A stretch of DNA of 64,000 bases from Azolla caroliniana. Its lineage: Eukaryota > Plantae > Polypodiophyta. Below the pieces are notes generated by a model. The model was not told the DNA's origin. It saw only the letters and a program-made list of their open reading frames with translations, and did no database searches. The DNA lies in the NCBI GenBank assembly GCA_043228905.1, contig JBHGNT010000021.1, positions 7,812,001 to 7,876,000 of the forward strand, written 5' to 3'. Made by a program: the position numbers and the translations under genes. Shown here in pieces: positions 38,032 through 48,088 of the stretch (its first letter is position 1; each line of letters begins with the position of its first letter).

Positions 38032-38789
38032 CCGGAACCGGCTGGTAATCAAATCAGAACCGGCGAAATCGGCAATTGGATGGTGTCGGTAACCGGGCAA
38101 AACCAACAACCGGTGACCGGACGGAACCGGTGATCGGGTAGAACCGGCGTCGGCGGCACTCATGGAGGTGGAAATGATTGCACTGGCAGTGGCGATGGCG
38201 GTGGCGGCGACAATTACGGCGATGACAGCGATGACGGCGACAACGGCAATGATTGTAGCGGCGGCGGCTGCAACAATGGCGGCGGTGGCGCTGATCTCTT
38301 TGATTTTGTTGGAATCGCCATTCATCATCTTTACTAGTTGTAGTGCCATAGTTGTTACAAGTAGGCCACACAATTCTAGAGAAGTTACATACAAAACACA
38401 AGCCCTGGCAGAATCATCTTTCGCTACCGGAGCATTGAAGAGAGCTGAGATACTCAAAGAGACAATCTATGTTAACTTAATAAGTGGCGAGAAAATGTAG
38501 AACGTTCTTGTAGCTTAGTCGCCTCTCTGCTACACTCCTTATAATGACCTGCAAGAATGGAACAGAAACCCTCCGGTCAATCGAAGGATCAGCGCAAGAA
38601 GAAACAACATCAACATCCAAAGATTTTGAGATGTTGTGAGAGGCCCATCCTAAGAGAAGTATCCGATGAGATCTCAGATGGAGATGGTGATGGTGTGGAT
38701 GATAATGATGATGAAGAGGGCCCCATAACCTGCATTAAAGCTTTGCCTTTCCATCCATGGATCCATCTTCTACTTACATCCTCCGTCTT

Positions 38790-39351
38790 CTTCTTCTGAT
38801 CCTTCTCGTTGAGATTCTGATTCTTTTTCCTCCTTCTCAGCCTCAAAGAACTCGCTCTCACTTTTCTTCTTCTTCTTCTGAACTTCCTTTTTGAAGTAGT
38901 TGTCTACTTTGCTTACATCAAGCTTTGTAGAGGTTGCTATTACATATGATTGACTTACTCAACGTAGAGGTACATCATTTAGCTTGAATGGACTTGTAAC
39001 CAAAATCAAACCAGATTCCAACTGCATAAGGAAAACAACCCTCTTCCCCTTAAAATGTCTAGCAAGCAGATTCAAGACAATGCCTGGGGTGATGCTTGAC
39101 CTGAGATTAGTAGGTTTGAGGACACATTTATTTCGAAGGGGTTTAGGAACATCATCACCAAGGTAGAACTTGGGAGGTCTCTTGGATACGAGAGTTTTAG
39201 AAGCTTGCTTCTGGTGGGAAGGGAAGGATCCACCATTCTTCGCTTTGATGGCCCACAAACCACGCTTATGATAAACACTGGAGCGTGAATGGCAACCTAC
39301 TCCTCGAACGACCTCTTTATTTCGAGTACCTTGGAATGTAGGCTTACCCAT
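38790..39351 (-). pseudogene. RPL6: 60S ribosomal protein L6 (eL6) pseudogene fragment, 3'-truncated
   Basis: [53 protein letters not shown], then after a TGA: [14 protein letters not shown]...[18 protein letters not shown]-terminal part missing. Confidence 0.93.
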
Positions 39352-39669
39352 GGCTTCGTTCATTCTTCTCTACTCTGTTCTGTTGCAAAGAGTCGTGAAT
39401 CTTTGTTCTCTACAACGGAGTCTGCGAACAATCAGGCAGCAGACCTCACATATGCCGAAGTGTTTCCTTCCCTTATCTGTGGAGAACCGTTTCACTTTCC
39501 TCCTCTTCTTCTCCCTTCATCTTTTGGAAGTGGACACAAACAAACACATGCACAACACAAACGCAACGCAAATTCACAAAATGAGAGAGATGGATGGACA
39601 TAGAGATGAAGGTTGGGGTGTCTAGGGTTTTAGGTAGAGAGATTGAGGAGAGAAATTAGTGATGGGAAT

Positions 39670-40030
39670 GGGGAGTGAGGGAGTGACTTCTTCTCAAGGG
39701 AGGTTAGCCGTTCAAGCGGGCCAAAAGTGTTGTTGGGGTGGGGGGTGAAGCCTAGAATGGCTCCACCCCCCTCCCAAGGGGGTTACGTGAGAGAGAGAAA
39801 GAAGGAGAGTAAAAATAAACTTCCCCATGACTGCAAATACCAACAAATAGTAGAACAAGGTAGATGGAGAGACACACACACACACATATTCAGAAACGCA
39901 GGGATGCAGTGAGGGAGGGAGTGACTTCCTTTCAAAGGAGGGTCGGCCGTTCGGGCATGCCAAAAGTGTTGTTGGGTGGGGGGTCAAGCCTAGAATGGCT
40001 TCACCCCCTTCCCAAGGGGGTTACGATAGT
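39670..40030. repeat. Two diverged ~115-bp direct repeats
   Basis: gagtgacttc...caaaagtgttgttggg...gcctagaatggct...cccaagggggttacg at ~39675-39790 and ~39915-40025. Confidence 0.75.
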
Positions 40031-40956
40031 GAGAGAGCAAGAGATAAAGACAAATACGAAATGACACCAAATGAGAGGGGAAAAAACTATATCTCATTAC
40101 ATACCCCATAGGGGGTTTATATAATACATCCAATGTAACGGTTACATGACCATTATAAATAAGACCGTTACACATTCTTGTACACATGCACATAATTGTG
40201 CATGTGTCCATACACACACTCATTTACTTTACACATACACATCAACCACATCATTACACATAACCTTATGCCTCCCCGTATATTTTTACGGGTAACAACG
40301 AGTCGAAAAGCGCCGAAGTTGCAACATCGAAGACGCTCAGAAGCACCTTATGAGCAAACAAGCCAACCTAGAGGGTCGAGGTGCGCAGAACTGAATGCGT
40401 CACAGGAAGCAAAACCGGACCGGACGTAGAGCGCGAGCCAGGTGGGAAGACACCATGTGGAGCTAGAGAAGAGGTTCGGAAGACACAAACACAGACACCA
40501 CAATCTGACCTCAAGTTGAGCTTGAGGGGGAGTGTTGAGCAAACAAGCTCAACCGGATCCAGATCGGTGTCCGGAACAAAGAACCAGATTGTTTTCCAGA
40601 TCAGTATCCGGAACCACGATCCGGATCGGAGATACAACTCGGATTGGAACCATTAGGCCGATAGAGGCCTACGAATCTAGCCTAGTACGCAGGCATATTT
40701 TTGGGAGTCTGTGTCATTCGCTCGTATGAGCAGTGAAGTACATATCAGTACTTATATTAGTCCGTGTAAGGACTTGTATAAAAGTGCTCATTGAGCACAT
40801 TGTGTGTATAGAGTGTTGTTATTTTTTAAATTGAGTTTATGCTTTCTGCTCTCTTTGTCTCCCCCATGTAAGGTTTCCATTAAACCTGTGTCTATATTCT
40901 TTAGCTATCTGGACAAGCCGGTTTTGTCTTAGCTTCCACAATCATATTCTTTTTCA

Positions 40957-42766
40957 CTTTCTCGGGATCGAAGTGATGCAAACCCCGAAAGGCATATTAA
41001 TCAGCAAAAGGCATTATGTGTTGAATATGCTCTTCAAGTTCAGCATGAGGGATTGTAAATCCGTCTCGACTCCTCTTGACAAGAATGTCAAGCCTTGCCA
41101 CGGATCGGGAACGGCTTGCAACGTGACACGGTTCCGGCAATTAGTCGAAAACCTTATTTACTTGACCATCACCCGGTTAGACCTCAGCTATCCGCTCGGC
41201 TTGATTAATCAGTTTATGTCACAGCCAACAAACATCCTACCACCTTCAGTGTGTGCATGGGATATTGTGATATGTGAGGGACACAAAGGATCTTGGGATA
41301 TTGTATCAGACGCGATGTTGATAGGGCCGAAAGTGGAAGTGATCGTCGATTTACATCGGGATATGCATTCTCCTTCAGGATTGCGGCAATTGCCTCCCAA
41401 TTGCCTGGTGCAGCAAGAAGCAACTGACAATGGCACTGTCGAGCACTTAGGCTGAATATAGAGGAGCGGTTATCGCTACGTGCGTAGCCATTTGGCTAAA
41501 AAGGCTGCTAAAGGATCAGTGGGTGGAGGATGTTGATCTGATGATGATCTCCCATGACAACCTCAACAGTATCCAATTAGCAAAGAACCTCATCTTCCAT
41601 GCTTGGACGAAACACATCGAAGTGCATTATCACTTCGTGCGCAAGTGAGTTCTCAATGGTGAAGTGGAACTGTAATATGTTCCGACGGATCGGCAAGTGG
41701 CCGATATCTTCATCAAACCTCTTAGACTTGACAAGTTGCAGCAATACTTAGGTGTTCTTGGTCTATAGCACCGTGACTTGCCGGACTTGAGGGGGAGATT
41801 CGAAATAAAATTCAAAGAGATACTTGACGAGAGAGCCGAATCAGTTAAGGAAGCCAAATCTGACAAGAGAATGACTAGAAGAAAATCAGCTAAGGGAAGA
41901 CTAGCCAACTACAAGTGGAGTAGAATAAGCAAACCAGAGCCAGCTGAACGAAGGGATAGAACTTGTGAAAAGTGATCTAGGAAGACTTGGGCTGAGATAG
42001 CCAAAGCTCAAGTTGAAGACGAATCAGAGACAGTCAATTCGGACAAGCCAAATCACATGAAGACCAAACAAATGAGGAGGTAGAAGAAGCCAATTCCAAT
42101 ACGGAGGAGCCGACGGGTCGATGGGCATCAAATCCACAGAGGAAAGGAGAAGGTTGTCGAGGGCCTTGGAAGAAGACAAGTCAGCCATATAGGTTGAGGA
42201 GCACGGGACCAAACGGGTCGTGGCGCACGAGCAAGGACGCATGAAGCTAGGAGAAACTGGAGGAATGGACCAGCTAGAGCTGACAAGGAACCTCAAGTTG
42301 AGCTTGAGGGAGAGTGTTGAGAGACAAGCTCAACATGAGCTGAGTAGGCTATTGGCTGGTAGGCCGGATTGGTTGAAGAAGCCAACAGTCGAGTCTATCG
42401 GGAGAATCAGTTGGAGAAGCCGAATGCCAGATCGGCTAGGGGCCGACAGGTCGTTTGAGGCATGTACTTCTATTTTATAAATAGGACTAGTTTAGGCAAT
42501 TAGGTTTAGTACCCCCTTTATCATCATTAAAGTACTTGTCAGTACTTTTGTCAGTCCTTTGGAGGACTTGTATAAAAGGTGCTCAGTGAGCACATCATCA
42601 TGTACAGAGCGTTATTATTTTGAATTACATTTTTTGTTGTCTGCTCAACTCTGTCTCCCAAGTCCCTCTCTCTCCCTACATTCTCTATATATACCCAACT
42701 AACTTGTGGTGATCAAATGAGCCAACTATGTCTTGTGAACTAACTTCCGCACTCTATTCTTTTATA
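40957..42766 (+). mobile_element. Ty1/copia 3' part (RT C-terminus, RNase H, extra 3' region, PPT, 3' LTR 42315-~42766)
   Basis: FLGIEVMQTPKG...LIYLTITRLD; TKHIEVHYHFV; ADIFIKPL; PPT agcttgagggagag before TGTTGAG. Confidence 0.82.
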
Positions 42767-45700
42767 GAATTTAAGCAATATCATTTTCTTCCTTTCTTGA
42801 ATTTAATAATATTGCCCCTTCTTTCTCCTCATCAATTTCTTTGATATGATACAATATTACTTGTCTTTTTTATTTTTTCTTCTGTGTTCTTGAACATTTT
42901 GAGACGCATCTTGCACCCTTTATCAAACCAAACATTAGACGGGAAACCAAGAATTTGATGTCGACCTACACGCGCACTTAAATATCGATACCCTACCTTG
43001 AGAATAACATCCTTGACAATAACATCCTTCAACTGTCCCAATTTGTTTTCACATCTTTACTAAGAGATTGGTTCATAACATAACTTTCGACCTCATCTAC
43101 ATATAGATTTGATTTTTGATAAAGAGGTTGAACAATATGCATCTTTTTCTTTTGAACTCTGGTGCATTTATCAAATTTGCAATATGCAAATGTAAGCACT
43201 TATGGTCTGAAATTTGTGAAAATGGGTTGATTTTGAATGTTTTCAACTTCGATTTGGGCCATTGTTTAACGAATTAATAGTCAAGTAAAATTGCTCCTCC
43301 CAAGGTATGTCTAGGGCTAAAGTGTAGTAAAAAACGAAGTAACTATGCCCAAGAAGAAGGAGCTATGGGGCATTATATCTACAATTAGCCTGGTAGATCA
43401 CCACTATTTGAAGGTATGGAGGTCGTAGTTCAAAACAAATTTCCTTCCAATTCTCCAGATGATATCAAGGTGCATGACACATGTCAATTGAAATTTTTCG
43501 ATCTGAACACAAAAACTTATATCGTTTAACACTCACTTGTTGAGGAACTCTTTGAAAATTTAGAGGCTTATTGACACAGTCTTCATTAGCATTCGATAAA
43601 CTAGACGCGACATGAGTTGTATCTACTTTAATATATCTTGTTTTACCTAAGTTTAATGGTTCTATCGAAAAAATTGACGTCAAGCTTTGCTTTTGATCGT
43701 CCTTGGTCTTAACATGGCACCTTTTATTATCAACATGGCTATATTCCTCGATCGAGAATAAGGAGTTATCAGATAATATAACAGGCTCAATAGAAAACAG
43801 AGAATTTTCACTCGACTTTGAGGACATTTTGCTCAAGGCTAAGTAACACAAACAATGTCCAAAATAGGCACAAGCTTGGTTCTATAATAAGCACCATGTC
43901 CAAAAACATACTTTTAATTATTATTTTTAAATAATTAAAAATGTTTTTCAAAATAGGCAAAAGAAATTATATAAAGGGAAGTCATCTTCTATTTCGCATT
44001 ATCACGTTCAAGCATAAGAAGAGCACAGGAGCACAAAAGCACTTAGCAACCAAAATCGTCGAGTTTTCGCCTCCCCGGTCAAGTCAACATCTCTGACATC
44101 AACATGAACAAGGGAAAGAAAATTGCCAGGTATGTTTTCCAACCCAACATTTTAGATTCCATAAAGATTCCTTAAAGATTCTTTTTTGTTTTATTCATTT
44201 TTTGCTTCCATAATCGAGGTGTATCCCTTTCAACGAGAACTCGATGCACTGCATCAGTTCTCGTTGAAAAATGGGCATCAATAGATCAGATTTGGTCAAA
44301 TGTTTTGTTGTTTTTTGGTCTATTTCTTCAAGATTTTTATGTAATATTCTATACAAAAACGTATAATTTTCGCTAATTTTTACCTTAGTTAAGAGGTCTA
44401 TATTGTTTATTATTAACATTATTGTTATATCCTTGTGTCACCAACAAAAAGACCTTCTAACACCATCATGACAGCTGATTCTCGGAAAGCATTTATCGAG
44501 TCAGGAGGTTATGACACTTCAAAGTCTTTTATTGGTAACATGCCAAAGACTTTAGGCGAAAAGAGTGGGGAGCCTCTCCTTAAGAGCTACCCCATGTGGA
44601 GTGGACATTGATCTACAGTGTGGAAGAAGGGGACCTCCTTTTTCTTGCAAAGTTTGAAGGTGAAGGCAAGTTGCAGGTGGGAAAGACAACGACTACATAC
44701 GGAGCATTGAATTTGAAGACAACGACTCATCAAACCTCTTCTTCGATGTTGATAGCTCGGTGGGGTTTCGCAAAGTCAAGATCGATGAACGAAATTTCAT
44801 AACTGACTCTTGCCACCCTAAAGCCCTAAAAAAGGATTTTCAGACAAAAAACAACTTGATTGTTGCTTTGCGCCCGTACATTAAGGGAGAGCTGATGGTG
44901 ACGAAAGAAACAACCCCACCAAAGCCTGCCAAGAAGTCCAAACCGGAACATAAGAAGTTCAAGAAAAGGTAGCAACCGGAAGAGGACGAGCCGGAGGTCC
45001 TCGAGTTCGTAGAAGATGAGGAGGAAGAAGTCGAGCTTGAAGTTATTCCTCCTGGGGGCCACATTTCATCGGGGATACTCACCTCAGAGTAGAACCGGAT
45101 CATGGAAAATAGTGTAAAGACGAACCTTGTCCGTAAAGGACAATTTTTCCACTTACCAATCTGCTCTATTCAACGGCCACCCTTTGATCCAAAGACAGGA
45201 AGACGGGCTCTAGAAATTAGAGAGCCACATTCAGTGCATGTACAAAACTTAAAAAGAAAAATGAAGATTAATCCACGTGTGATTGTAGTGCCATTCTTAG
45301 TAATGGTTGACCCAGATCAATGCCCTACATTTTGGTAGATGACTACACATACTATGTGATTGGAGGATCCCACTCTGCTGAAGCCCGACGTCAACTGGTC
45401 AAGGAGTATCCTCTTACCCCTTTCTTCAAGTATGCAGAATGTAAAGTGTATGTAGGGCTTACACATGAAGGAGCCAAGTTGTTAGCTTGGGATCATAACA
45501 CCGATAATGACTATAGACAAAAGATGTCATGTATCGAGTGCATCAGGTTCTTCCATCACGAGTACCTTGATGCGCTGCAAAAATTTGGTCCTCGACTACA
45601 TCCTGGATTGCGACAACAATGTCTGCTTGAAGTGGGGATAAAAGTTGACGAAAGCACCAAGTCTGAAGGCCTGAGAAAATATGACTCATCATTTCAACTT

Positions 45701-46838
45701 GCCTTTAGAACAAGGGAGGTGTGGGACCTCCAAGATCGCATTTTTAGTATGTGGGAGCGTAAAGAAATAAAAGGTCAAAAAATCAAAGAAGGCTATGCTT
45801 GACCCAAGGGTGGAGATGAAATCTAAGTCACGTAAAAGTGACTTAGTAATTGAAGAGTTAGCCGAAGATATGAAGCTACTTCCTAGGCGGTCACTGGAAG
45901 GAATTAAGGATGATAGATTATTGATATCTGTATTATCAAGAGTGACCGCCAAGGAGTTTAGCCTTGACGAAATGGTCACAGAGTTTCAAAAGTGAGTCAT
46001 CTATGTGCATGTATCATTTTGATTTGATTGCTTTGTTGATTTGTTCTTTATTCTAATTTTAGTTTCTTTTGGTTTTTAGCCATAAGGTGTATATGAAGAT
46101 TCAAGAGCTGATGACGAAAAAATTGTCCCTGCCTACGCGGGAAGAAGTGGAGCAATCTAGCCTAAAAACATCATCTTACAAGGCGTTTAAAGAATTCTTT
46201 ATCGTGTTTAGAGAATGGGTATGTATATTCTACAAATATTAATTGATTTTTGGATAATGGGTTTCTTCTTACAAAATTTATAATTACAAAAACCAACTCG
46301 TTCAAAGAAGAATAGTGACAGCAATGAAGGCATACCAAGCGCCTTCATCACCCATTTGGAACGAGCTAAATACGAGAAATGGATGACAAAAGGAAAGGAG
46401 CTCGAGGTGCCTAAGGACTCAGATACCTTAAAAATCTGTTTGCACAAGAGTGATCCTTTCCGACAATTGTATTATAGTCTATATAATGGTGATGTGGGTA
46501 ATATGTTTGACATATTACCCAAGAGACATTATACATTGCTCGTGGCGGATATACCATATGGCTTCAGAATATCAGGCTCGACATACGACGGTGTGCCATA
46601 CAAATATCCGCAAATAGAGAAGATGGTTAAGGGCTTTGCAGAACTGACCCTGGCACCATTATGGCGTATTGTTATATTTCACAGTATGGGTCAGGCATTA
46701 TCGGTCACAACTGCATTGAAGTTGAGATGCCATGCCACCGAACATATGCATTGGTAAGCATTATGTTATTATATATTTAATGTATGGATTCTATGTTGCT
46801 TACGACATATTTATTAACTTGTTTCGATTCAATTATAC

Positions 46839-47450
46839 TGTAGAAAATATGCGGAAAAATCTTCGGCCACAATCGAGACTTAGATCACTTAATGATAATC
46901 AAACACAAAAGAAATGAGAAATGGAAGTAAGTACACAAACAGAAGAGAATGCACAGGATGTTAATGTGGAAACCCTAAACGGGAAAAACCAAGGGAGCCC
47001 ACAGACTCCAAACTATCACTATGTAAGGAGAATACAATAGGGGAACACTAGGGCAATGACCTCGTGCTCACAATCTTTGCCTGACATCGGTTACAACAGA
47101 GACTCACTTTCTCTCTCTCTCTCTGTCTCTCTTTGCTACGCTCTGTACAGCAGTTACACCAAAAATGACCAACAACAAAATCGTGTTTGCCCTAGGTCAT
47201 ATTTATACTAATATGACTTTCAGGCTATTTATAAATATAGCCACAATGGGCTAACATAAACATATTTACATCTATGTCCCTTCATCCGGTGAGAGGTTCT
47301 CACCGGGTCTGCGTCATCCGGTTCTCACCGGGTCTGCGTCATCCGGTTCTCACCGGGTCTTCATCATCCGGTTCTCACCGGGCCTTCATCATCCGGTTCT
47401 CACCGGGCCTTCATCATCCCATCCAGAGGGACCGAAATCCTAACCTAACA
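46839..47450 (-). mobile_element. Solo LTR (Tnt1/Tork-like family) inside an intron of the methyltransferase gene
   Basis: TG...CA termini; TSD tatac at 46834-46838 and 47451-47455; homologous to the LTRs at 51004, 51272 and 30930. Confidence 0.85.
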
Positions 47451-48088
47451 TATACAATAGGGTTAAAACAAACATAACTCGTACCCCGAGTGATCGAATG
47501 GTGAGCGTTGTGGAGCACATGTGTGTGGGCTACTACAACGCAATTTCTAAGAAGAAGGCTCGGGCACATGTTAATGACCGGAATGTTGTCAACTATATCA
47601 TGTGCCCATCTATGTCCCTTCATCCGGTGAGAGGTTCTCACCGGGTCTGCGTCATCCGGTTCTCACCGGGTCTTCATCATCCGGTTTTCACCGGGCCTTC
47701 ATCATCCGGTTCTCATCGGGCCTTCATCATCCCATCCGGAGGGACCGAAATCCTAACCTAACATCTATGTCCCTTCATCTATAAACATATTTACATCTAT
47801 GTCCCTTAATCCGGTGAGAGGTTCTCACCGAGTCTGCGTCATCCAGTTCTCACCGGGTCTTCATCATCCGGTTCTCACCGGGCCTTCATCATCCCATCCG
47901 GAGGGACCGAAATCCTAACCTAACATATACAATAGGGTTAAAACGAACATAACTCGTACCCCGAGTGATCGAATGGTGAGCGTTGTGGAGCACATGTGTG
48001 TGGGCTACTACAACGCAATTTCTAAGAAGAAGGCTCGGGCACATGTTAATGACCGGAATGTTGTCAACTATATCATGTGCCCATCTAT
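47269..48088. repeat. Complex tandem duplication of the LTR end and the adjacent exon
   Basis: LTR-end segment present three times and the exon start twice; junctions fall at catctat. Confidence 0.85.

Larger units (their letters stand above)
36626..40303. mobile_element. Repeat-bounded non-autonomous element (Helitron-like or TRIM-like) carrying an RPL6 fragment
   Basis: ~145-bp direct repeats at 36628-36771 and 40153-40298, each ending in a cccgta-tattt-tacggg hairpin; no transposase or RT inside. Confidence 0.5.
27997..40956 (+). mobile_element. Decayed Ty1/copia element with nested insertions
   Basis: 5' LTR (start truncated) 27997-28451 matches 3' LTR 40533-40956. PBS at 28452-28463; PPT at 40522-40532. 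Gag, protease, integrase and RT remnants at 28549-32448. Confidence 0.82.

Noticed and set aside
37225-38500. Ala/Gly/Pro-rich ORFs
   Set aside because: Products of GGC-rich low-complexity tracts and the 44-bp array
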